From the NCBI GenBank assembly GCA_019828565.1, contig JAHDYR010000004.1, forward strand, positions 310,001-374,000: a stretch of 64,000 bases of DNA. The letters run 5' to 3'. Below the pieces are notes generated by a model, which saw only the letters and a list, made by a program, of their open reading frames with translations, was not told the DNA's origin and ran no database searches. How positions within the stretch are numbered: position 1 is the stretch's first letter; each line of letters begins with the position of its first letter. Below are positions 29,587-39,231 of the stretch, one piece after another. A program made the position numbers and the translations under genes. This stretch comes from Carpediemonas membranifera BICM (taxonomy: Eukaryota > Protista > Fornicata).

Positions 29587-32500
29587 ATGCCCCCAGAAGC
29601 GCAATCAGAGGCTTCTGGCCTCAGTCTAGCAGAATCACAGCCACAAACTGCTTTCCAGCGGGCAGTTGCGTTCCTTCAGAAGAATAATCCCGATGCTTCG
29701 AGTGCAAGGTGGGTTGTTGCCATCATGAAAGGCATACACAAGAAACTGGGTGAATTCCCTCATGGCGTTGCCAAGGATGAGATCTCTCTGATGCTCAACT
29801 TCCTGATTTCGTTGTGCCATAACGAATTTTCTTCCCCACTGACTATCGATGCGCTCCATCTGCTCAAGAACTTCATAGACACCGATAAGACTGTCCGCCA
29901 AGCTCTTGTCCCTTCCAGGGCTCTCTTCGGGCCCACTGGGATGAACCTCGAGGAGCACTTCGAGGCCGTAGACCCCCAAATCAAGCACAGCGCAATCCAG
30001 CTCGCAATCGTATGCCTCCAGCGCCTCCCGGGTATCAACCCGTGGATGGTGGCCGACTCCGACCACGCCATGCTCAGCCTGCTCATCGCTGAGCGGGTCT
30101 CTGACTCCAAAACGACTCCCCAGTCCATTGAGCACCGCCTCAACTGCCTCGAGGCCCAAACCACGTCCCAGGGCGGCGAGCTGCAGCGGGATGTGTCCCG
30201 CATGGAGCCAGTGGAGGATAAGATCACGAACATGACCCAGGAGATCGCTGAGCTCAAGCAGACGGTGCGGACACTCACCCAGGCCCTTCGGATCAGCGAG
30301 GGCACCGTCAAGGCACACGGCACGGAGATCAGGACGCTCGAGATGGCCGTGCAGTCCCACACTGGCACGATCAAGCGCCTGTCGACCCGCCCCACCGCCC
30401 CCGAGAAGCCCACCGCTACCAACGAGGATGCTGGGCTGAAGGAGCGCGTGGACGCCATTGCGGTGGAGCTTGAGGGCATGGGTGTCAATATCCAGCAAGC
30501 GATCCAGGGGGTCGACACCCTCGACACTCGCATTGCAGATAACTACGCCGAGATGAAGGAGCTCACGACCAAGACGGCCCGGACGGAAGACGTCGACAAG
30601 AAGGTCGAGGAGGTCAAGATTCTCGTCAGAAACCTCGACAACCGGCTTAAGGATGTCGCCAAGGCCACCCGCAACGCCATGAAGGGGCAGACCGGCGCCA
30701 CCCCGCTCCCTGCCCTCCTCAGCGCCCACGACGGCCCCGCTAACCTTTCTGGGGCCGACGAGGACGACCTCGCGGCCCGTATGACTGCAGTTGAGTCGGG
30801 TGTGACCCAGCTGATGACTGCGAACAAGACCACCCTGCAAACGGCCGAGGAGGTTCAGAAGGAGTTCGTCCTCTTCCAGTCGAGCACGCTGTCCACCATT
30901 GACTATCTCAAGGAGAACACCAGAGCCCAGGGCGACCTCCTCCAGCGTCTGCGGATGAAGCCCAGTGGGGGTACTGGTGGAGACGGTAAGGCAAGCAGGG
31001 CCCATGCCGCGGAGATCGCCGCGATCAAGGCTGAGCTGGGTACAATGCACCAGGACCACCAGGCACTGAGAGATGCCATCACCGCAACCCAGCAGACCGC
31101 ACGGGTCGCCGCACTAGAGGCCGAGGGCGCCGCCAAGGAGCACGCCAAGCGCCGCAACCTTCAGGACATCGAGCTGAGGCGCCTGCGGTCCACCACCGAG
31201 ACGAACACGGGCACCGTGATGACACTTGAGTCGAAGCTGTCGCTGTTCGAGCACAGGCTCGGGGAAATGGGGACCGCGCTCGAGGCCGCCGCAGAGAGGG
31301 GCAACCGGGCTCTGGCCGAGTGCACCGCCGTCTCCTCCACTGCCACGAAGAACGAGCTCGCGGTACGGTCCCTGGGCGCCGCATCCCGGCACGCCACTGA
31401 CCGCATCACCGCGCTCGGGGTCCGTCAGTCCGAGACGGACGCGGTCGTCACGGGCCTGCAGTCGACAGTCCAGTCAGTTGTCACAGACTTCGAGCAGACC
31501 GCCCGCGAGCTCCGTTCGGCCGACAGCGCCACGAAGGAGCAGCTGGGGGCCGCGACGGACCGCATGGCCGACCTCAGGTCCAACGTCGCCGTGCTCACCG
31601 GCAGGGCCGAGCAGGGGGAGTCCCGGCTGGCCTCTGCTGAGGACGGTATGCGGGCTATACGCGAGACGGTCGACTCGACCGTGACCCAGCACGGCCAGGC
31701 CATCCAGGCCAACGGCGCCACACTGACCCGACTTGAGCGGCGGGTCGACTCCACCGATCACGCCGTCCAGGGTCTCCAGAGCGACATGGCGGACATATCC
31801 ACCTCCACGACAACCCAGGCGAACACGGTGAAGTCCATGAACGCGCGTCTAGGGTCCCAGAGCTCGGACGTCGAGGCCCTGCTCTCCACGACCCAGCGGT
31901 TCACAGACGACATGTCTCGGCTCAGGAGTACTGTTGCCGTCCACGACCGGATGATCTCTGACCGCGGGTCGGCCGGTGACGATGGCCAGGAGACCCGCAT
32001 CACCCAACTCGAGCGGGCGGTCGACACGCTTCACGAGTCAGTCCGGGGTGTCGAGAAGACCGTGCAGCAGGAGTCTCTCAACAGCTCGATGGCTAGGGCC
32101 AGGCCTGCCGAGGACGCGGCCGACGAGCTGTTCAACCTCACCCGGGGTCTCCCCTCGAAGGCGGACATCACAGAGCTGCGGACAAAGCTTGAACGTCTGA
32201 CCGACAGAGTTCATACGACGGAGTCTGGCGCCAAGGACGTCGACAAGACACTCACGAGCCACGCCAGCTCTATCGCTGTGACCAGGAGCATGGTGACAGG
32301 TCTCGCCCGTGCTATTGCAGAGGCGACCGACGCCGACAACCGCGACATCGACGTCGAGTACCTCATGGATGGCGACTACGACACCAGCGCCAGCCCAGTC
32401 GACATCGTGCGGTCGGCCACCGTCGCCGTGGCCCACATGGCGACTGTGCTGAACGTCACGAACAAGCGGGTCGACTCCCTCGCCGGGGACGTCCACGACC

Positions 32501-33756
32501 AGGCTGTCGCCGTGACCGCCGTATCAGATTCATTGGTGCAGGCCAGGGCTGAGCTCGGATGTCTTGCCGACGTCTCCCGCACCCACACCGCTGAGCTGAC
32601 CACCCTCAAGGACGCTTCCCGTCGCCAGGGCCATACGGTGGCACAGGCGGTCAACTACCAGCAGACGAAGCAGGTTCAGCTCGCCGAGACCGCCCAGCAG
32701 AACATCGCCAAGCTATCTCATAGTGACGTCACCCTGGCCCAGAAGACGGAGATCCTGCGGTGGACCTTGGGGAAGCTCCAGTTCCTCCCGGTCGAGACGT
32801 ACTCAGCCATCGTGATCCAGGCCGCGGAGATCGTCAGAATCAACGCCCAGTTCTTCCAAAGCCACCCCCAACCCGCCCAGGAACTACAGGCTGTCGTTTA
32901 TGCATTCCTCGGCGTTGTTCTCCAGCAGGCCGACCCTTCCATCGAGGTCGTGGTCGCCATTGTCAGCTCCATGGCCATTCTTGAACTCCCCACCGACCTT
33001 GTCCACTGCGCCCACGCCGACCTGGTCATCGAGAAGCTTGTGGACTACGCCCTCGGCACCATCCCCCACAGGGAACTCCAGCTCGCAGCCATCCAAGGCC
33101 TGACCTCCGCCTCGAGAGATATGCCTGCTCTGAACAAGATTGCGGCCCATCCGCAGCTCACGGAGCATCTGGTCGACACGATAGCTCGGCCCATGGACGG
33201 GTCCGCTGAGACCCTCCTCGCCAGCCTTAAACTGCTCAGAGTCATGGCGAAGCTGCCGTCTGCCGCTGCAACCGTGACGCGCCCCCACATCATTCCTAGG
33301 ATGGTGAGTCTCCTTGACATGCCTGACCCTGCAGTGGTGGAGGGCACGCTGCTCCTCATCAAGGCGGTGTCGCAGCACGGCGACAGACCTGGCGAGGCAA
33401 TCATGCGCCTGGACGGCATCAGCAAGATGGTCCTTCTCATGAATGACCCGCAGAAGTCCGTCTCGAATGCTGCCACCGTCGCTCTCAGATCTCTCGCCGC
33501 CTCGTCCATCACGATGCAGAAGCACCTCGCACAGCAGGGTGTGCTGGATCAGCTGAACCTCCGTTACCCCGTGTTCGGCCGCACCCCGGGTCAGGCGAAC
33601 CCCTCTGCCCCGCCCACGCCCCGCACACTGTCCACGCCGTACCAGTTCTCACGGCGGGTCGGGTCGTCGGTCTCGATTGCACCGCCGCCCGCCACAGCGC
33701 AGGCGAGGGTACGGCCTACTTCGACTCCACTAACTGTGGGAGGAAGGCACGATTGA
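29587..33756 (+). CDS. Long coiled-coil protein with C-terminal ARM-like repeats
   Basis: 1390-aa ORF with an extended heptad pattern and ARM-like helices (IIPRMVSLLD, GISKMVLLMN...NAATVALRSLA). Confidence 0.8.
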   Translation: MPPEAQSEASGLSLAESQPQTAFQRAVAFLQKNNPDASSARWVVAIMKGIHKKLGEFPHGVAKDEISLMLNFLISLCHNEFSSPLTIDALHLLKNFIDTDKTVRQALVPSRALFGPTGMNLEEHFEAVDPQIKHSAIQLAIVCLQRLPGINPWMVADSDHAMLSLLIAERVSDSKTTPQSIEHRLNCLEAQTTSQGGELQRDVSRMEPVEDKITNMTQEIAELKQTVRTLTQALRISEGTVKAHGTEIRTLEMAVQSHTGTIKRLSTRPTAPEKPTATNEDAGLKERVDAIAVELEGMGVNIQQAIQGVDTLDTRIADNYAEMKELTTKTARTEDVDKKVEEVKILVRNLDNRLKDVAKATRNAMKGQTGATPLPALLSAHDGPANLSGADEDDLAARMTAVESGVTQLMTANKTTLQTAEEVQKEFVLFQSSTLSTIDYLKENTRAQGDLLQRLRMKPSGGTGGDGKASRAHAAEIAAIKAELGTMHQDHQALRDAITATQQTARVAALEAEGAAKEHAKRRNLQDIELRRLRSTTETNTGTVMTLESKLSLFEHRLGEMGTALEAAAERGNRALAECTAVSSTATKNELAVRSLGAASRHATDRITALGVRQSETDAVVTGLQSTVQSVVTDFEQTARELRSADSATKEQLGAATDRMADLRSNVAVLTGRAEQGESRLASAEDGMRAIRETVDSTVTQHGQAIQANGATLTRLERRVDSTDHAVQGLQSDMADISTSTTTQANTVKSMNARLGSQSSDVEALLSTTQRFTDDMSRLRSTVAVHDRMISDRGSAGDDGQETRITQLERAVDTLHESVRGVEKTVQQESLNSSMARARPAEDAADELFNLTRGLPSKADITELRTKLERLTDRVHTTESGAKDVDKTLTSHASSIAVTRSMVTGLARAIAEATDADNRDIDVEYLMDGDYDTSASPVDIVRSATVAVAHMATVLNVTNKRVDSLAGDVHDQAVAVTAVSDSLVQARAELGCLADVSRTHTAELTTLKDASRRQGHTVAQAVNYQQTKQVQLAETAQQNIAKLSHSDVTLAQKTEILRWTLGKLQFLPVETYSAIVIQAAEIVRINAQFFQSHPQPAQELQAVVYAFLGVVLQQADPSIEVVVAIVSSMAILELPTDLVHCAHADLVIEKLVDYALGTIPHRELQLAAIQGLTSASRDMPALNKIAAHPQLTEHLVDTIARPMDGSAETLLASLKLLRVMAKLPSAAATVTRPHIIPRMVSLLDMPDPAVVEGTLLLIKAVSQHGDRPGEAIMRLDGISKMVLLMNDPQKSVSNAATVALRSLAASSITMQKHLAQQGVLDQLNLRYPVFGRTPGQANPSAPPTPRTLSTPYQFSRRVGSSVSIAPPPATAQARVRPTSTPLTVGGRHD

Positions 33757-34321
33757 ATGTAATAATAAAATAACAACTGGTGTATTAATACCGTGTATGG
33801 TTTAATGAAAGCAACGAACTTCCGCAGTTTAGGGTCACACTGGTATGCCTTGCTCGCCTTTGTAGAATCGACGCCTTGCTTCCGTGCTCGCGACGCTGGT
33901 TCTTGCCTGGGTCGTCCAAGTCTGCGAGGAGCTTCGGGAGCATACGGTGTCTTTGGACGCGGCAGTTCGGGCCGCGAGGACAATATGGGGTCTTCGCCTC
34001 TGAGAGAACGGCTGTCATTCTTATACATAAAGGACCCACGATCCGCCTTGGCGCTCAGATGCGCGCTACTGCTCTAGGTGAACGCCAACCGAGCACTGAC
34101 TACAGGCAGCTCGTGTCACCTCGGCGTGACGGCCGTAATATTTACACAGCTCAAAATATATGATACGATCCTGATCCGGTCCCGGCAGGTCGTGTAATCA
34201 AATCAGGATGGCCAGTTCGAATGGCCGACGAGACTTCGGACGCGGTGACCCGTCATCATCTGATTAAACAGAATTCTCCTTCCCTGTACGTGGACATCAC
34301 AGTGATTAATCACTCCCCAAG

Positions 34322-34867
34322 ATGAAATTCCACATACAATCTCTGGTGGACCTAAGCTCCGCGTCAAAGGAGTACCACCGAGAGCTTCCCCACGTCCGTT
34401 ACCCGACATCCTTCTCCAGATGCTTGTCTGTCAAGACCACCGATTTCTTGCGGGCAAACTGGCGTCCGACCACGGACTACGCTACCTACGAGGACCTAGA
34501 AGCCACCATCTGCCCCGATGCGATCATTCGCACGGCAGTGAAGTCAAAATCCTCTGCCACCCGAGCCCAGTTCCCCGACGAGGAACCATCTCCACCCATC
34601 GACCGGACGTTCGCCTGAGGTTTGACAACCCCGGCTATCCCTCCTCCGAGCCGCCCCAAGCCTCAGAAGCCTCAGACCATGGCGACACATGGGACGATTA
34701 CGAGGACATCCGTACGTACCTCGCCGACGAGGCAGACCGCGTGGTTTCGGCTTGCGCGGTCACTTTCCTCCCGTCACTCGACATCGGCGCCCGCCTGAAG
34801 TCGATCACCGTCGACACTGCCGCACTTTTCGGCAAAGCACCGCTCCACCGCACAACATGCCAAGCCC
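34322..34867 (+). pseudogene. Frameshifted coding remnant of unknown origin, fused in frame to the truncated CRE copy
   Basis: Two overlapping ORFs (34322-34618 and 34420 onward) with coding-like composition; switches abruptly to CRE sequence at 34868. Confidence 0.35.
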
Positions 34868-35449
34868 AAGTCAGGCCCGACGAGGGCGGTGTGAAACCCG
34901 TCATTGACATCGTCTGCTCGGACTACGTCTCCGACGCGCGGGCTGATAAGGTGAAGCAGTATCAGCACTTCAACGTTGATATGGTGCCTGCTGTTGTCAG
35001 TTCGAGCGGCCGTTGCGCGCCCTGGAAGGCTGGCGGTGTGCCCTGGCCAGAGAGGCTGGTCGAGATGAAGCTGCTGGACAACGCGGCCAAGGATCGTCTC
35101 GTGGACCGGGTTTTCGTTGCCAATTGGAAGTGGCAGTGCAGAGCCATCGTGGATTGGCTGACACAAGCCCAAGCTGCTCGCGAACGCGCGGCTGCTGCTG
35201 GGCAGGACATTGTGAGTGAGTAAGAACGGGAATACCACAACATTTCGCTGTTTTGATCTCACTTTGGTTACTTTCGTTGTCTTTTTGCGGAGAAGTAGCT
35301 CCTTTCAAGGAGTTTTGGTACGTTTTGTGCGAGTGGATGCGTGAAATTGCGCAAAATCGAGCCTTGGTGCTCAGATGCGCGCTGCTGCTCAAAGTGAACG
35401 CAAATCGTGTTCCTTTACGCCGTTTAACGCAGTAAGCCGCGAGAGCGCC
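34868..35449 (+). mobile_element. 5'-truncated copy of the CRE-like non-LTR retrotransposon (RLE C-terminus plus 3' UTR)
   Basis: Essentially identical to 42176-42756. Confidence 0.92.
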
Positions 35450-35472
35450 ATCGACGACCGAGTCGGAGTCAA
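35450..35472 (+). repeat. Target fragment T-left (23 bp), a copy of the tRNA-Arg downstream flank 53763-53785; also at 42757-42779
   Basis: ATCGACGACCGAGTCGGAGTCAA is exact in three places. Confidence 0.95.
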
Positions 35473-35837
35473 GAGCAGCACTCGACCAGGGCACCCGGGG
35501 TGCTGAGGGTCGGAGGGTCCCGCGGGGAGCGCGGGCCGGAGACTATTGATCGTTGGATTGATTCGACCAGATGTGCAGGATATGGCAGAATTCGAAAGAT
35601 GCCCGAAGAAGACACGGGCACGCCCAAGGCAGAGGGTCCCGAACGACGGACCTGCCTCGTCTCGCGAGGAACGCGGGAAACGAAAGAAGACGCTGAATAT
35701 TTACGCGGAGAGACAGGAAATCCGAGTAAATATTATTCCCCCCCATTTGGATATGAGTTAGGATGCGAGCACCACTCGAGCCCATTGGCACCCGGGGTGC
35801 TGAGACGCCCGAGAGGGCGCACGGAAACGTGCAGTTT

Positions 35838-36410
35838 ATGGCATCAGAATTTCGAATGCCCGAAGGCACATCGGGCACGTCCGCAGAACCTCCTGTATCC
35901 CAGGAAGAGTTCCGAAAGTTTACCAACAACGTAACTGCCACATTGGAGTTCATGAAAACGAAGATGGAGAACATCGAGGAAAGATCCATCCAGAGGGAGG
36001 TAGAACAAGAAGAGTACGAGCTAGAAACCGATGAGCAAGCAACCCAGGGAACCTTCCAAGGCTTTCCGTCCTTCTTGTTCGATTTGGAGCTCCCCAAGAG
36101 GTACGGGCCCCGCGACGAAGCCAAGTTCCTACGCGAGATCATGCGTCTCCTGACGACCGCGGACCCGCACTCACTCGACGTGAACGATCTACTGCTCCGT
36201 CTCCTGAGCCGGTTCAAGGTCCTTCTCCTCAAGGACGACTACGACGACAACGTCTGTGACTACGCCACTGCAGCCCTGCGAGCCACGCCCCCGAAGTCTG
36301 AGATGGAGATCGAGACGATCCTCGCTAAGGCCAAGACTAAGGGCAAGCGTAAGCGTCGGAATTTTCAGGAGCAGGGCTCCAGCAGCGTCGGCCGCCGGGC
36401 CCGCTCCTAA
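35838..36410 (+). CDS. PAT-A gag-like ORF1 (copy 1)
   Basis: LFDLELPKRYGPRDEAKF is homologous to PAT-B LFLEMPKRFGLEDEARF; basic C-terminus. Confidence 0.75.
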   Translation: MASEFRMPEGTSGTSAEPPVSQEEFRKFTNNVTATLEFMKTKMENIEERSIQREVEQEEYELETDEQATQGTFQGFPSFLFDLELPKRYGPRDEAKFLREIMRLLTTADPHSLDVNDLLLRLLSRFKVLLLKDDYDDNVCDYATAALRATPPKSEMEIETILAKAKTKGKRKRRNFQEQGSSSVGRRARS

Positions 36411-36439
36411 TATTCCCATCAACCCGTTCGCGATGGCGG

Positions 36440-38341
36440 GTGTGGGAACAATTCAGGGTAGCTCCAGCAGTAGTAGCGCGGGTACGAGACGGAATCCCCG
36501 TCGAGATCACAGCGCCTCCACCACCGGCAGCCCCACAGAGGACCATCGACCCGAGGATACTTCCGAAGCTCGAATCAATGACACAACAAGGAATCATCGA
36601 GCCGACGCCCCTCAGTCAGCTCAAGCACAGCGCCCCGCTGTTTGCTGTCCCCAAGGGGGAAGACATAAGAGTGATCCACGACCTGAGGCGGCTGAACACG
36701 GTCACACGCGAACGCCGCTCCTTCCGTCTGTTCGGCATACGTCGTGCCATCAACACACTCTCCAGCCAGGCCTGGATGGCCAAGATAGACCTAAGATCCG
36801 GCTACTCACAGCTGGCCATCAGAGACTCGGACAAACCGCTCCTGGGCATCGCTCTGCCCGACGGTCGGGCGTTCCAATACCGCACGCTAGGCTTCGGTTG
36901 GACCGCCGCGCCTTATTTCTTCCAGTCCGCTATGGTCCAGGTAGCAAAGGTCATCGCCCTCCGCCACAAGGTAATCGTCAACGTCTACCTCGACGACTTC
37001 TTACTGTCAGCCGACAGCAGAGACCACCTCAGCAAGGAAATACCCAAGATCATCAAGACGATGGAGGCACTGGGCCTCATCCCGTCGCTGGAGAAGTGCA
37101 TCTTAACACCGTGCCAGTGCATAGAATTCCTTGGCCTGCTCCTGAACACCACGTCCAACACCATCCGTCTCCCCCGCCGACAAGGCCAAGAGGTACGCAG
37201 AGGCCCTATCAGAAGCACTCGTCAAGAAGCGCATCCGCGCGAAAGACTGGGCGAAGATCGTAGGCAAGCTCTCCTTCTTCGCCACCTCTGCAAGACGGGC
37301 TACCCTGAAGCTCCGCACGCTCCCCTCTGCCACGGAGAACTGGGTCGACATCCACCCCTACACAGCAGACCTCAAGGAGTGGCTGCAGCTCCTGGCCGTC
37401 CGACCAACCCGCTCCTTCGCCGAGTTGAAGAACCTATGGTCTCAGGACCAGCAACTAGAGCTGATTATTTCCACAGATGCGTCGGGCACAGGCTGGGGAG
37501 CCCAGTGGACCAACACGTCCGCGAACTCCCACGGTTCTTTCAAGGGCGCACTGGCGGAACAATCTATCAACGTGAAGGAGCTCGCCGCAGTCCTCTTTGG
37601 CTCACGCATCATACCAGCACAGGACTCAGAGCGCAATCTCACGGTCTTCTCAGACAACAGCTCGTGCGTCGCCTGGATCAACAAGGAGGGCAGCTCAAAG
37701 GCCCCCCGATGGCGCTACAGACACTCAGGATACTCTACAAGGAGATGGAACGCAAGAAGCTCCTCATACACGCTCGACACACCCCAGGCCACCTCAATCT
37801 CGCCGCAGACCGACTGTCACGCGGGTTGTCCACCCCACCCCACGTGCTGGAGACAATTCTCGAGACTTGGGGCCCCGTCGACGTGGACGCTACAGCACAC
37901 CCAGACCGCACTCTACGCCTCCCAGGGTTTACCATCGAACACTGGCCGGACGGCCTGTTCAGGAACTGGCGCGGACACCGCGTTTATGCCGCGCCACACC
38001 CGTCCCCGATGACCTTGGGACGGACATGGCAGACCCTCCTACCGATCTTAACGACCCCGACTACATCCCCTCCGAACTCGTGGACCTCAGCATGCTTCCT
38101 CGTCGTGCCAGACATTACGAGCCCCGAACTCCAACAACTCAAGGCGCACGCGACATGCAAGATTCCCTTCTCAGTACCGAAAGACGACTTCGCATCAGAG
38201 GACCAACAACTCCTAGACCGTCTCTCCAGGCCAAACGGGACCATCCGCTTCATAGCTCTCGCCTTCAGGACACGTTCTCCAGAATCCTGCAGCACCCAAT
38301 ACTGTCTCACATGCGCCGAGACGAGTCCAAGCGCTCAGTAG
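36440..38341 (+). CDS. PAT-A RT, RNase H and degenerate methyltransferase-like domain (two compensating frameshifts)
   Basis: RVIHDLRRLN, KIDLRSGY, GFGW, YLDD, EFLG. The RNase H motifs STDASG..WGA, INVKEL and SDN lie in another frame (ORF 37425-38012) between C-runs at 37171 and 37702; then HTPG..NLAADRLSR. Confidence 0.9.
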   Translation: MWEQFRVAPAVVARVRDGIPVEITAPPPPAAPQRTIDPRILPKLESMTQQGIIEPTPLSQLKHSAPLFAVPKGEDIRVIHDLRRLNTVTRERRSFRLFGIRRAINTLSSQAWMAKIDLRSGYSQLAIRDSDKPLLGIALPDGRAFQYRTLGFGWTAAPYFFQSAMVQVAKVIALRHKVIVNVYLDDFLLSADSRDHLSKEIPKIIKTMEALGLIPSLEKCILTPCQCIEFLGLLLNTTSNTIRLPRRQGQEVRRGPIRSTRQEAHPRERLGEDRRQALLLRHLCKTGYPEAPHAPLCHGELGRHPPLHSRPQGVAAAPGRPTNPLLRRVEEPMVSGPATRADYFHRCVGHRLGSPVDQHVRELPRFFQGRTGGTIYQREGARRSPLWLTHHTSTGLRAQSHGLLRQQLVRRLDQQGGQLKGPPMALQTLRILYKEMERKKLLIHARHTPGHLNLAADRLSRGLSTPPHVLETILETWGPVDVDATAHPDRTLRLPGFTIEHWPDGLFRNWRGHRVYAAPHPSPMTLGRTWQTLLPILTTPTTSPPNSWTSACFLVVPDITSPELQQLKAHATCKIPFSVPKDDFASEDQQLLDRLSRPNGTIRFIALAFRTRSPESCSTQYCLTCAETSPSAQ

Positions 38342-39178
38342 CCGGATGGATTACAGCATTCATCCTTGAGTACCGCGACCCACACGAGGACGACACCGAT
38401 GAGTACCGAGCCTTCCTGGAGGACGAGGCCGAGTATAATGCACCAGCCACGGTCGATCGAAAGGGATACTGGATCGAGAAGGCCGCCCCACTCTTTTCCG
38501 ACTGGACCCCCAGCACCTACTGTCCACAAATCAGAAGAGGCATAGCAGACAACGCCAACACCACCGGCATGACAGGCGGGTCAGCCCCAGTCACAAGGGG
38601 AGGACATGATCAGGGCCATCAAGTCCAGGAACAGCGACATCGCGACGTACCAAGCGACACTATTCGCCGCGATTGCTTACCTGACCGTGAGCCGCGGAGC
38701 TGAAATCTTCAACCTGACGAGCGCTGACATCGTGTTCAAGACAAACGGGGACGCCCAGCTGCTCCTTGGTCGCACAAAGACGCTTGCAAAGGTCACTAAG
38801 TCACTACCCAACACCCTACTAGGCCCATTCAACCCAGCGCTGGCCCTGAAGAGATGGGTACGAGGCTTGAACCTTCCACCGGACGCCTGCATCTGGCGCG
38901 CGATCACATCCTCATCGAAGGTCAGCCGTAAGACCCCGTGCACAATGCGACGTATGCGAGAGGAGCTACGCACAGTCTTCCACGACAACAGGATTGGCCT
39001 ACACAGCTTCCGCAAGGGAGCGGCTTCCGAACTGGCACTAGCAGGCACACCGATAGAGACCTTACTCCAACTCGGAACCTGGGCTAACGGCAACTCTCTC
39101 CGGCCTTACATCGGGGAGGCTATCCGCAACCACCCTCGTCAAACCCGACAAACTGCAACCTTACCTTACCTTACCTAG
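37597..39178 (+). CDS. PAT-A tyrosine recombinase (copy 1, 1-nt frameshift in G-run near 38597)
   Basis: SRGAE, RTKT, HSFRKG, GTW, RPY. Confidence 0.9.
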
Positions 39179-39193
39179 CTAGGATACTCTAGC

Positions 39194-39231
39194 CGACCGC
39201 AAAGAGTGATATAAAAATTCGAGCGATGCAG
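39194..39231 (+). repeat. Target fragment T-right (37 bp): tRNA 3' flank, terminator and last 12 nt of tRNA-Arg (antisense); also at 46498-46534, original at 53786-53822
   Basis: CGACCGCAAAGAGTGATATAAAATTCGAGCGATGCAG; this copy has one extra A. Confidence 0.95.

Larger units (their letters stand above)
35473..39193 (+). mobile_element. Tyrosine-recombinase (DIRS-order, PAT-like) retrotransposon family A, copy 1; lacks 3' terminal repeats
   Basis: gag, RT-RH-MT-like and YR ORFs; sits exactly between the two halves of the tRNA-flank target with no duplication. Confidence 0.9.

Noticed and set aside
34203-34225. TCAGGATGGCC...GTTCGAAT resembling tRNA-Leu start and B box
   Set aside because: The elements are too close together and no cloverleaf can be formed.
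35473-35545. HDV-like ribozyme at the PAT-A 5' end (hairpin plus possible CGACC/GGTCG pseudoknot)
   Set aside because: I could not fit the nested double pseudoknot and catalytic core by eye.
38606-39178. Tyrosine recombinases as phage integrases or bacterial contamination
   Set aside because: Each overlaps a DIRS-type RT-RNase H ORF, and two sit within split direct repeats, contiguous with intron-containing eukaryotic genes.
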